A stretch of DNA of 64,000 bases from Octopus sinensis (Eukaryota), in assembly GCF_006345805.1 (NCBI RefSeq), contig NC_043015.1, positions 2,418,001-2,482,000 on the forward strand, read 5' to 3'. Below, one piece after another: positions 14,750-28,309 of the stretch. Each line of letters starts with the position of its first letter. Position 1 is the first letter of the stretch. Both the position numbers and the translations under genes were made by a program. The notes beneath the pieces are model-generated. The model searched no databases. It worked only from the letters and a program-made list of their open reading frames with translations, and was not told the origin of the DNA.

Positions 14750-15477
14750 TGCTAAAGCTTTTCTGATGGTGTCTGTGAAAAGGACGAAGATTGGACTACT
14801 ACTTTACATTAACATCTTCTGTACATACATAATGAATGCATAGTCAATTGCAGAGCATTAGACTGGAAGTAGCTTCAAATTCTCTCTACTTGTATATAAG
14901 ATAGACTGCTTCTGCTTTTTTTTTAGTTAGCTATATTGCAGCAAATAATGCCACTTCTAATTTATCACATTTTGCAGTTCTCAACTTTTAAATTTGTGGT
15001 ACATATGTTTGACTAATTAGTCACTTTTTTCTGTATATAACGTAGTAAATTACCCAAAATCTACTTTAAAATATCTATAGTGTTATTTGTTAACTATAAT
15101 AAAATATTCTTTTAATATTTAAATTTTAATTTTATCTGCAATATTTTAGGCAAAAGCTTTCTTATTCTTTACTTTACTTGAAATAATAGTCTGCGCTATA
15201 ATTTTACCGGTATAATAACTTGTCCTGAACTTTTCTAGGTTTATAATCTTAAGAAATAAGATTATAATCTTATCAGAATTGAGGTTTATTATCTTAAGAA
15301 TATTATCATGGTCGCACCTTTCCTTGTATTCCATGACTTTTCAAGGCATAGCTGTTATAAGATAATAAAATGGTAATTAATACTTGATGATTTTACCTTA
15401 TAAAATACGCGATTTAATGATAAACATACACATATACCCTTCCCCCCACGCACACTCATATATATAAATATATATAC

Positions 15478-15511
<34 letters not shown>

Positions 15512-15533
15512 ATGTAGGTGGAAAGTGTTTGTT

Positions 15534-16929
15534 GGCCATTGAAAAAACACACAAAAACCGTCAGATTCACGTCAAAAGGTAAATTTAATTTGCCAAAGTA
15601 TTTTTGTCGATTTGAATCCGCGACATGATTCCTCACAAAATTCCGTGCTGCAACTGAGAAATTAACAGTTAAATCATGATATATACGTACGTATGTATGT
15701 GTACGTACGTATGTATGTGTGCATGTAGGGTATGCGTGTAGGTATGTGCGTGTGCATATGTATGCATGCATATGTATATGTATGCATGCGTATGCATTCC
15801 TGCATGCGTATGCATTCCCGCATGCCTATACGCATATACGTATGTACGAACTATGTACTTATGTATGTATGTGAGTATTTACGTATGTAAGTGTGTAGAC
15901 TGGTCTCTGTGTGTATATATGTTTATGTGCATATGTAAATATGTTTATGTACTGATATGTGTGTCTGTTCAAGTTGTATACATGACTGTTACTTTGTCGA
16001 TGAATGTATACACACACACACACACACATACACACACACACACATACACACACACACACACACACAATATATATATATATATATATATATAAACACATAT
16101 ATATATATATATATGTGTTTGTGTGAGTGTCCGTCTCGTCACCGTCTAACGGTGAATTGATAACATCTCTTAGATACATAAATACAAATATAAACCTAAC
16201 AATATATACATAAAAGCACACGCAATCATATAAACACGTATGCACATTCACATATATACTTATTATCTTAAAATATACATATACATACGCTTATTCATCT
16301 ACACATTTATATGTCACTAATTTCGCAGACAATGGTTAAAATTCATTCTTTTTCTAGTTTTCTCGCTTTTTTATTATACAATGACATATGCATGTTTATG
16401 TGCATACATACATAAATATATATACACACATACAGAAACGTGCATCCATTTACACACTCATACACACGCGTACACACACATAAACATGGACTCTAAAATA
16501 CACACACTTTTACACAAACATACACACATATTATGCTGTGTACACTCATACGATTAAATACGACTTCATATATGTAATTCAGTATCATGCATCTTAACAT
16601 TAGTGAATGGATTTATGTACGTAAATAAGGGAAAGGGGTGATTATTGATGGGTACACCCGAGGGGAATCTGGTTGTTACCCCATTCGGATTTAAATGTTG
16701 TATGTGAAAATAGTGTATAGGATACATACATACATACATACACACATGCATACATACATAGATGCATACATACATAGTACATATATATCATGAACTGTCA
16801 CATTCTCAGATGCAGCATGGAATTTTGTCAATGAGCAGGTCGGCGTTCCAAAGCGACAAAAATAGTTCACCAAATGAAATTTCAACGTTAAAATTAATCT
16901 AATGTTTTTTTCTGTGCTTTTAAATGGCT
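15534..16929. repeat. Two diverged ~150-bp copies of one repeat in inverted orientation (15534-15686 and 16783-16929)
   Basis: tatatcatga..actgt..ttctcag.tgcagca.ggaattttgt..cgacaaaaata..aaattt..atggc align after reverse complement. Confidence 0.75.
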
Positions 16930-17016
16930 TATAAACAACTTCCACGCAGTAATTGCTTTTGTCTAAGCACACTATTTCAGATCAGGGAACTTGCTATGGA
17001 AGTACATCTCCGTAAG

Positions 17017-17103
<87 letters not shown>

Positions 17104-17542
17104 TATAGCTATGTGTATTTGAATGCAAACTTAGCGGTAGCGACATCTATCTTGTGCATATGTACAGATTTTACATTGTTTTTGTTCCATGCTGTTAGAT
17201 TCGAGTTCAATAATCGACTGAGCTGATTACGTTTATCATCATTAATGAAAATATAAGACATAAATCTAAAATGTGTCAGACAGTTGATAAAGCTATCACC
17301 AATTTTTGTGTCAATAATTGATGAAATATTGATGATAAGTACGAAGATATCGGCACGAAAAGTAATTATATATCGCTGAGTATGATAAATCTATTGATAA
17401 CAAATGAATTGACTTTCAAAGTTTCAAGAGGTAAACTCTGAATTGCGATAGAATATACACTTAACTAACTAATAATATATAATACCTACTCACAGACAGA
17501 CACCACCCATATATATATATTATATATATATATATATATAAT

Positions 17543-17612
<70 letters not shown>

Positions 17613-17616
17613 TATA

Positions 17617-17672
<56 letters not shown>

Positions 17673-17785
17673 TATGCATATCTATATATACATACATATG
17701 AATGTATATATATGTGTGTATATATATGCATATATATATGTGTATATGTATATATATATATATATATAATATATAAATGTATGTA

Positions 17786-17886
<101 letters not shown>

Positions 17887-18233
17887 CTAAGTATCAATGA
17901 AATGCGATGTGTATCAACAGAAGCAAGGCGAGACAAGGACACAAAATTAATAAAGATAAATAATATATATATATATATATGAAACAAAATCAAAGACCAG
18001 CTTCTACTCCAAGTCATAAATGATGTATATTTATTGAACACGTATTTTGCAGATAAAAGGAATAATAAATAAGGTATGTTTTCAGTGGTTTATAAATAAA
18101 GCATAAAACACTTCCAACGACGTATGCAAAATGACAGTGGGATCTCGAGAAGAAATGATTTTTGTCGCTGGATGGATATTCGTGTACGTATATATCTACG
18201 TATCGTTTTACATATATCTATATATATATATAT

Positions 18234-18308
<75 letters not shown>

Positions 18309-18424
18309 GTGTGTATATGTATGTGTGTGTGTATGTGTATGGGTGTGTAGGGGTGTGTATATATTTACCGTGTGTTTTGGCTCAAATTTTGGCAGAAAGT
18401 CAGCAATTTCTGTAGATGAAAATG

Positions 18425-18565
18425 TCGGGTTCATCAACCCCTGTGCTCGACTGCCACTTGTTTTATTGACCCCGAACAGAGATCAATGCAACAGAATTTG
18501 AATTCAGAATGCAAAGAGAGATGGAATGCCGCTAAGCCATATTTCCGTCTTGCTAACGATTCTGA
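18425..18565 (-). mobile_element. Diverged SINE family B fragment
   Basis: tttattgaccccgaa..gaatttgaattcagaa..ccgctaagc..tgctaacgattctg matches 59040-59185. Confidence 0.7.
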
Positions 18566-19296
18566 AATGTTTTTGTACCAAAATATTACTTGCTAAACAT
18601 CTTTCGTTTTCCAAATCTCCTACCCTTGTCATCAACATATGACTCAGAAATATTAGCTAATTTGCTTTCAATAAGTACATTCATAAATGTCTTAATAAAT
18701 TTCAATTCATCACTATTAGCTTATATAAGGGAAAAATCTACTCTACGTCAGCGGTATTTCAATTATATTCGCTTTGCACTTAGTATTGTAATATAATAGC
18801 TCTCATGACTAGGACAAAACTGTACGACTTCATTGATACTGCATTCTCTTCATCTTTTCGGAAATCATTCACCAGCGTGAATGAAACAAAAATGTCTGCA
18901 ATCATAATATACAATTTTTAAGTAGGAAGAGGACATTTAAAGATAAAGCGAAGTATCCAAAACAAAATAATAATGAGAGGTAAGTATCTCCTATTAAATC
19001 AGTTTTAAGAGAGAAATATCCAAAAAACAATTCACAATCGATACCTATTTTCAAAATAAGATTAGAGCTGACTCTAAATAATAATCATATGAAAGATTAA
19101 GGGGATTTTGCAACCGAATTAATAAGATCGATTTATTCTTCATAACGTACTTAAAAGTAAGGATCTAAAAGTTACCAAAGTGATATATTTAATATTTTAT
19201 ATCCATATACTCACACACATAAGAGCACACGCACATGCACACACAGAGAGGGAAAGAGAGGAAGACCGATGTTAGATTTCCATAGCAGCTACATAT

Positions 19297-20009
19297 ATTC
19301 TTGTATTCTTGTATTATTTCAGTTATTTCACGGTGGCCATTGTGGAACACCGACTGGAAGAGTTTTAGTCGAGCGTCGAACAAATCAAACTAGGACTTAT
19401 TTCTTAAGCCTAGTACTTATTCTATCAGTTTCTTTCGGCGAACCGATAAGGTAAGGGGACGTAAAGACAACCCTGGTTGTCAAGATGTGTTCGGGTGCAG
19501 CAAACACAGACACAAAGACACACACATACATATATACATTCCTATTACATGTGGGCGTGTGTGTATGTATATGCATACACACACATATAGGAGCACTCCG
19601 TCGCTTACGACGACGAGGGTCCCAGCTGATACGATCAACTGAGCAGCCTGCTTATGAAATTAACGTGCAAATTGCTGAGCACTCCATAGACACGTGTACC
19701 CTTTACGTAATTCTCAAGAAGACTCAGCGTGACAGATGTACCATTCATTTTCGCTAGCTGAATGGACTGGAGCAACGTGAAATAATGTGTCTTGCTCAAA
19801 GTCACACCGTGACTCCGGGAATTGAACTCACGACCTTACGATCGTGAGCCGAATACCACAACCATTAAGCTCCGAGCCTTTACACACACACAAACACACG
19901 GACGTGCACGCACATTTCGTATATACAACGGGCTTCTTTCAGTTTCCGTCTACCTAATCTACTCAAGAGGCTAGACACTCGCCGAAGGTGCGACACAGTG
20001 GAACTGAAC
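19297..20009 (-). mobile_element. SINE family A copy split by a nested family C SINE
   Basis: Tail and body at 19297-19588; head part (cgggcttctttcagtttccgtctacc..aaggtgc..cagtggaactgaac) at ~19925-20009. Confidence 0.85.
19589..19878 (-). mobile_element. SINE family C (tRNA-derived head) nested in the CA tract of a family A SINE
   Basis: Minus strand gcttaatggttgtggtattcggctcacgatcgtaaggtcgtgagttcaattcccgg (A/B boxes) then ttgagcaagacac..cacgttgctccagtcca; homologous to 51300 copy; tacacacaca on both sides. Confidence 0.85.
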
Positions 20010-20067
20010 AAATTAAATTATTTTAGCCCATCCCCACAGTAGAATGACACAGTTAAGGAGTAAAATT

Positions 20068-21269
20068 TACGAGGGTTGGCAAAAAATACGTAGGATAGCT
20101 GTGAAGTATTGCAAGGGTTAACCCTTAATAAATACATTGCAACCTCAGATTTTTAAAGAAGAATTCAAATCTAACTAATAGAGACTTCTCATGAAAATGA
20201 AAAATGAATTTCATCGTAGTATTATCAAGTACCTGTAGAAAAATGGTTTAACCTCTAAGGGCATACATGCTGAGATGGCTGCTACACTATAAAATGATGC
20301 TCCAGATGTATGAAGAGTAGAACAGTGGGCAGCTGAAATTCAGAGGGGAGGGAAAATCTTCAAACTAGTTCACGATCTGGAGGTCCTGCAACTGTCACCA
20401 TAGAAATAAATTTGGACCTTATTCAATATATATTGATGACAGGCGAGTTACAGGAAATAAAATAGCCAACACCATTTGCATATCACGCGAGAGAGTGGTG
20501 ATAACTTTGCACAAAGATCTTGGAATGTCGATGGTTTTCTGTGAGGTGGATTTCTCATCTTCTGACAATTGCTCGATAGCGCACCAGATTGGTCATACCT
20601 TGGAAAAAATTCATATTGTTTCAAGCAGATTCAGTAGGCTTCTTGAACGCTTCCTAACCCAGAATGAGGGATGGTTTCTTCACTTTGAGCTACCGCGAAA
20701 GAGACAATCCATGTACTGGAAACACTCGTCCTCAACTGCTCAAAAGAAGGCTCGAGTTGTTTCATATACATGGACGGTGATGTCTCAGGAATTTCGGATT
20801 CAAATGCCGTAGAGGTTTTAGATTATGTTGAAAAGAGCCAACATGCTCAGGCAGTTACAAAAGGTTGTCCTGAACAAACTCCCACAAAGACTGACGAAAT
20901 AAACCTTGTTAAATCACGACAGTGCTCCAGCACAAAAGTCCTTGCTTTCAATGGCAGCTACGCGTGACTGACACTTTGAAGTGGTTAATCGTCTTCCTTA
21001 TGTTATAGTTGATTTGAGTCAGTCTGAGTATCATCATTTTCCCAATATGAAAATCAGGAGGATCGCAATAATTATGACGGCATACCTGCTGTTGATGACT
21101 CTTTTCACCAACAGTTTGAAAGCTTCTTCACGAATGAGATTCAAGTATTGCAATTCCAATGGAAGACGTGTATGGACTGCAAAGGAATTATCTTGAGAAA
21201 CACAACCCATTTGCTCACGTTCCATGTGTGTATCTTGTTCAGCCGATAAAACTTACATTTGACCTAGTG
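20068..21269 (+). mobile_element. Full-length but decayed mariner transposon
   Basis: Starts TA-cgaggg; disrupted frames give MKNEFHRSIIKYL..IHAEMAATL (HTH), TQNEGWFLHFE..KRQSMYWKH (first catalytic D region), PYVIVDLSQSEYHHFPNMK (decayed YSPDLAPSD); ~1.2 kb; many stops and frameshifts. Confidence 0.9.
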
Positions 21270-22565
21270 GAAAGTACGAAATGTTTCCTGATACACCAAA
21301 ACATAAAAATCATAGAAATATTTGCCGAGCTCTTTGGTGCCGAGTGCACCATTATATGCTTTTATGTTGTGTCCAGTTAGGCTTCATTGTATTCTTTTCA
21401 ACTGAGTCCATTTCGTGTGAATTTATATCATAGATATACGATTTTAATGTCTTAATGGTAAAATTTATACAATATAGGGAAACCGAAGGGAATATATATT
21501 ATAGGTAATAATATAGGTAATAGATAACTTGGATATCGCGATTCAAGAATTGTACAGAATTCAATTATTGTAAGCCAATTCCACAGACAGATAATATCAG
21601 GAGATAAACCGTCAGTAATGTGTCATTCTGTAATTACATCTTTGTATCGAATAAAAGCTAGTGGTGCTGTTTTTAACACATTATAAGAAAAGCACGCTAT
21701 ATTATGTCGAATAACAGATTTCAAAGAACTTCGTTGAAAGTGGGTATTATGTTCCTTACTCTTAATCAGAGACAAATATATAACCTGGTGGAGGTGCTTA
21801 CGGAGAACAATCAACCACTTAAAAACAAAAACAAAACCCGCAAAATACTTCCACACACTTTGTCAATAATTTTACATTATAATTTTTTTTGAGAATGAAT
21901 CCAGCGTGTAAGAATTTTCCCTAACGTGCTGCAGAGAGAAATGACGATTACAAAAAAAATTACTGCAATGTAGGCTGCGATTATAATTGTCAAAACGCCT
22001 AATATTAGACGCCGAATACCAAACTTTTTGTAATAGTGGCCTTAATTTCATGCAATTATCGAAAAAGGAAATAGATGTAGAATTCAGAAATATGTAATTT
22101 CTGACAGATCTCCTCTTGATTAATCTTTATCTAACAAATTTCACACAATCCTTGTGTCGACTACATTTATTCATAATATACTTGACTAGTCTACCACACT
22201 GCGACAAATTATGGAAAGATGTATGTAAAATTACATACTTATATATTACACGATTAAAGGTTAGATTTTCGTATTGTGGGATGCAAAAATTTGATCGGAT
22301 GTTTGTTCGATATAATTACATAGATATATTTTATGGCCTTACGAGTTTTCAGCACAAAAACAGGAACCTTCCTCCGAAGCATCGCAATCAATTTCAGTTG
22401 TGCCTACTGAAATTCAAAGTATTTGATTATAACTGACACATCCTGTATGCAGAAACGAACAGGAGCCAGTATTTAGTACTTTTTCATATATTGAAAGGTA
22501 TTTAGGAAATATAATATTAGTTAGAACAAAAAGAAACAATAAAACTCTTCACTGTAAATGCTTTG

Positions 22566-24389
22566 ATAACACTTTTCTTAATATGAGAAGTGCTTTGACG
22601 ATCAAGATTTTCTGGAGTGTATACCATCATCACCTCTGTCTATAGACCATATATAATCTCCCACCATGGCAGTATTCCATCGTCCGTGCTATCTTCATTC
22701 CATAGTTGCGATGTCCTGATGAAATCTCTCACCATGCTTCTCACTGACATCACCCAAGTTTTAGGGGAAATATTTAGGTGAGAGTGCAAAGAATGAACCT
22801 TTAAGAACATACGACCACCCATTTTCTTGAAGTTTTCAATAAGTTTTGCTACCAGCTGTTCGCAATTACGATCCTTGTGATTTCCTAGGAATCCACCAAC
22901 TGCATCGCGAAATGCACACCAAGCTGCTTTTTCAATTTTAGTCATAGCTCTATCCAGTTTCTTCGATTTAACATTGTATTTACTTGGGGACCAACAAGTA
23001 TGCCACCCTTGAACTTAGCCTAAGGTAGCTTTGGAAATATAAGACAAATTTCTTGAAAAGCTTCTTGTCTAAAATCTAAGGCATTAACAAACTGTTTTAC
23101 TAATCCGAGTTTGACATGAAGTTGGGGTAATAAGACTTTGTTGGAATCAATTAGAGGCTGTTTGAGGACATTTAACTTTCTTGGCTGCAGTTTCACTCGT
23201 TGGGGCAAAATGTACTCTCTTGTATTTGTCATAATCAGCTCTGCTGTCCCATAAGCAAAGGAAACGTGAATACTTTGTGTATCCCTTTTCCGAGCTAAGC
23301 ATCTTGAAATCACCTCAAACATCTCACTTGAACTCATCGTAATTTATTTTCTCGAGAAGTTCTTTGATATTATCGTAATTTTCTTTCTTCTGTAAAGACT
23401 TCGTGATGAGCTATCTATAAACAGTCACCATTCTGCAGAATCATGCTTGCGTCTAGTAGCAGTAAACAAACCAATCATGTCTTAACAATAACACAGAACA
23501 TTAATATGTTCATAGTAAATTTCAAATCTTCATGGAGTTTCCGGTACACCGACGTCTTGCAGTCTTCCTCCAGTAGATTCCATTCCTTCAACCTTGATGA
23601 AAGACGTTCAGCTCCTGAGTTAGTAAGACCCAGAACCCTGATTAAATCATCTAGCTCACTCTGATTTGGAAAGTGAGACTCCCATGTCGTTCTTGGTACG
23701 AAAGCTTCCTCCATTTCTTGACTGCAGCTACTTGTTGACTCTTCACATGAAATATTTTCTGGTGGTGGTGGTACTCGTATGCTGTTATCATCTGGGACAG
23801 GCGCTCTAGATGATGGTATGTCTGGATACTGAGAGCTTGTCTTCCTTTCACTTTTCTGTAATTTGTCACATCGATCATACAAAAGTAACAGCCATCGTGA
23901 TGGTTCGATGTCTATCCATACCCTTGGAATGGCAAAAGGCATAGACCTTCCTGTACCTCTTAACCGTCCTTCTAGAGTAGGTGGACAGCTTCCACATGAC
24001 ACGTGGGGTTCATGGTTTGCCATGGTGACCCATGGGCATTCCGAAATAGAGTATGTACGCTATCCAGAATTTGGCACCTTTCGCGATCTTATGTAATAGC
24101 TTTTTTCCAATATAATAACCACACACGTAGCAAAATGTATCTGGAGAATGTTTACATACTCCAGTAGACACAATGAAAGCAGCAGAACTTAGCAATTTGT
24201 CTGAAAGAGAAAATTAGACATACATTATAACAATACCAAATACATAATAACATTGAAAGTCGCCATATTTTTTGAACTGTTAATGATACATTAAAAAAAT
24301 AATTTTATTTTTGGAATCAGCAGAAAAATGGATTGATAAAAAATAAAGAAATTACAAAAAACATTTTTAAAAAGCTCTTACGTTGTGTT
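22566..24389 (-). mobile_element. Decayed DNA transposon, Chapaev3-like (CMC superfamily) transposase
   Basis: Successive minus-strand fragments CKHSPDTFCYVCG, HVSCGSC, MPFAIPRVW, HFPNQSELDDLIR..LSSRLKEWNLL, KVLLPQLHVKLGLVKQFV (LH motif), AAWCAF..FLGN, KVHSLHSH (H4H motif), then EHGERFHQDI in a shifted frame; family name recalled, not searched; left boundary approximate. Confidence 0.75.
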
Positions 24390-25139
24390 ATAATTAAGGA
24401 AATTTTTCCGAGTTATCTAACCTAGAAATCTTGAGAAAATATTACCAAATCTCAGATACAGCATTCGGTAAATAAGATTAAGATCTTTCAATTTTCAATG
24501 TTTGATTAAAAAAAATCTACATTAGGTTACAATAAAATGGAAAAAAGAAGACTAGTAAATGCGTAACTATTTCTATATAATACGTAATAGGCATAGCAAA
24601 TGTTTAGATTGAACGGCCTTTATTTGTTGTAAAATATACGCCAGCCGACATTGCAACTCCAAAACATGATATTAAAATAATGGCACATAAGTCACGATAA
24701 TATTAAAGGATTGAAGAAAAGAAGTCCATTGTTTTTATATATTTTTCAGAGCGGGTGTTTATAAAGGGTTAGTACCTCAAAGTGTCGTCAAGTTATGCTA
24801 TAACAACAAACAGAAACTCTTAGTTCAACATATGTTTCTGCTAATTGCTTTATCAAATGATGTGAGATATTGACAGATGCCATGTAAACTTTGCTTACCT
24901 ATATTAGTTTTCCTTTTCTTCTAAGTAGAAGCAGAGAGAAAATCAGATAGTTAATTATGGTCATAAAGTAGATTTGATATACATATTAGAGCTACACACA
25001 ATTCACATGCAAGACTTTCATTGAGAGAGATGGATTTTATATATATGTAGATGCATTCGATTATACCGTATTAGAGTTTAATTAAAATAAATCACAATTC
25101 TGAATATACAGTAACACATAGACAGACACACACTCGCAA

Positions 25140-25206
25140 GCAGGTACACGCACAATATCACACAGGCATGTGTATGTACGCACGTACGCCTGTATGTATG
25201 TCTGTA

Positions 25207-25303
<97 letters not shown>

Positions 25304-25578
25304 GCATGTAGGAATGAATGTATGTATGTATCTATACATAAACATATTAAAGTGCATGTAAACATAATTTAAGAATTGAAACCAGGTCAGATAACAGGTG
25401 CGTGTATAACTGAAATCTAATTAACATTTGTTCATATCTAATTGCGTTCCATAGTTAATTACCTCATTATAGTTGCACTTTCTACACGAACAACAAAAGT
25501 AAAAGTTGAAAAGCAAACGTAATTTACGAGTATATATACATATGAATTTATGTATATATATTTGTGCATATACACACG

Positions 25579-25620
<42 letters not shown>

Positions 25621-25820
25621 ACATATATATACATACATATATAATATATATATATATACATATATATACATATATATACATATATATATACATACATATA
25701 TATACACACACATATATATACACACACATATATATATACATATATATATACATATACATACATATATATATATATATACATATACATGTATATATATACA
25801 TGCTGATGTATGCGTGTCTC
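25140..25820. repeat. (TA)n/(CA)n compound microsatellites
   Basis: Direct reading. Confidence 0.9.
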
Positions 25821-26204
25821 AAACTTAAACTTAAAAATCAGTCCACACGTTCCCAAAGGCTTCAGCGAACTCAGATGCATAGGTAAAAAAAACAAACAAT
25901 CGGTGATTGTATTCCCGGAGGTAAATCAATCATTTTATGCTAGGAAATCATTCTCTACTATTTACAGATTTTCATTTTATTAGTATTGTATTCATGACCC
26001 ATATAATGATCCATATAAGACCATTAAAAGAGCGATGATTTTCTTTGAAATTGAAAATGGCCAAGCAAGGTTTTGATTAATAAGATCCAAAAAGATTAGA
26101 TTTCAAGTACATGCTATTATACGATGTCAAATTTAGTTTCACTATCAATTTCTAGATTGAGCTTGACTTGACGACATTCTGAATAAAAATATAAATATAT
26201 ACAT

Positions 26205-26490
26205 TACATACAAACTTTAAAGGACTAACCACTAAAAGTGGACAATCAATATGCTAGATATAGCCGTCAAAATCGCTATTTTCCGCGAAGAATGTGTTCT
26301 CAAGAAAAAACCGATGTTTTTTTTTACTTCGTATATTTCTCATTTGTCTTGCTTATTTTTTACACTTTTTGGTTTTGTGATGACTTTTTTCTTCAGAACA
26401 AACTCTTCTTAGAAAATAGCGATTTTGACGTCTATATCTAGCCCATTGACTGTCCACTTTTAATGGTCAGTCCTTTAAATTTTGTATGTA
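26205..26490. mobile_element. MITE-like foldback element, ~110-bp terminal inverted repeats
   Basis: tacatacaaactttaaaggactaaccactaaaagtggaca..gtcaaaatcgctattttc pairs with gaaaatagcgattttgacg..tgtccacttttaatggtcagtcctttaaattttgtatgta. Confidence 0.85.
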
Positions 26491-26838
26491 AAAAATATTT
26501 TAATCTTCGGATTTTTTTAATATGCTAGACCACTGGTTTTAATTGATTAATATCAATCTCTACATTTATTCAATTTCATATATATATATATGTATATAAA
26601 TATATATGGGGGGGGGTCGGAAATTCAATGTAGAATATGCTAAAATATTTTTATAAAAAACATTTCAGTATCGGTTCCAGTCATTCAGACACTTTCAAAT
26701 GTAAGTATGGAAAAGATTTTGGAAAAATTAAATGAAAAATATTTAAAAAGAAAATTTTGATAGCATTCAAATACAAGGGGCATTTTCCTTGTTTCTGCCT
26801 GTCTCTGTCTCTCTTTACTCTTGTGGCTTCGAAGCCGT

Positions 26839-26888
<50 letters not shown>

Positions 26889-27487
26889 ATATTATATATA
26901 TATATATATAGTGCAATGTGTATTGTCAGTTCATTATTGATGTATCAATGCAAAAACATTACAAATATTTTTCTTTTAACACCAGGGTAACTATTTCTCC
27001 TGGTGTCCAATATATTGGAAGCAAAGAATCGAAACCCTACCATCTAGGGATCTGGCAGTGCCAGTTGAACATCCTGGTTTCAGGACATTTACCCTTCCTC
27101 AGAGAAGGTGGCCATTTATTTTAGCTTGCAATATATAACCAAATAAGTGACTTCTGCAGTCGATCTTGCAACAAGCAAGGTACACGTAGTACCTATTCTT
27201 AAACGAAACTTTTCTTGCTACTTCAACATGGCTATTCTGTACGGGCTATTCCGTATAATACAATGTTAAACGCAACAGCACACTTTCTCCGTTGCTAACG
27301 AAGGGCAAATTCTTTGAGCCCGAACTGGTCTACTAGTCCTGACAACGTTTGTGTCATTAAACATCTGGAATTTTAAAAAATTAGTACTAACACCATACCA
27401 TACGGCACAGCCTTGTACAAGTGGCTACAAACAGTTGAGTTACTACTTGCATCAGTCATCGAGATTTTAGATCTACCTACTTTGTTC

Positions 27488-27518
<31 letters not shown>

Positions 27519-28011
27519 ATATGTATGCATATGTATATATATATATGCTTATAAATCTATCCATTATAACCATTACCTATTGACCGATGCTTATATGCCT
27601 TCATACATACGTTTGCACAACACTGTAACACACACTCACATACTTATGCATGTATACTTGCATGAATGTATACGTGCTATCATGCCTATGTACGTATTTG
27701 TGGACATTCTCATGCTACATACACATTGAACAATACAATGCTAAATGCATTTGAAGTGAGCTGTTGGTAAAGTTTGGACAAAATACGGCAGCCGTTTCTA
27801 AGTAAATTCTCAAAGCACATTTTGTTGTACGTAATCGTATCACTAATCCATTTCAATGTTATCAGTATATTTTATATCTGCAGCTGAGGCTTATCAACAC
27901 GTTAAAGGTAAGAGCAAAAATTCCATAGTTATGGTATTTACTTGCTACAGATTTCGTCTGAGAAATCTACTAATTCATACTTCGAAATGTGACATGCATG
28001 CATGCATACAC

Positions 28012-28046
<35 letters not shown>

Positions 28047-28105
28047 CAGAGAGAGAGAGAGAGAAAGAAGAGAGAGAGAGAGAGAGATACATAATTATGT
28101 GCGTG

Positions 28106-28159
<54 letters not shown>

Positions 28160-28210
28160 AACTATATATATAAGTAGATAGATATAGATATATAATTATG
28201 TGCGTGTGTA

Positions 28211-28271
<61 letters not shown>

Positions 28272-28309
28272 TATCTATTATCTTTTACACATTTCAGCCC
28301 ATGGCTGAG

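Noticed and set aside
26985-27480. GC-richer segment suggestive of an exon or transposase relic
   Set aside because: No interpretable motif in any frame
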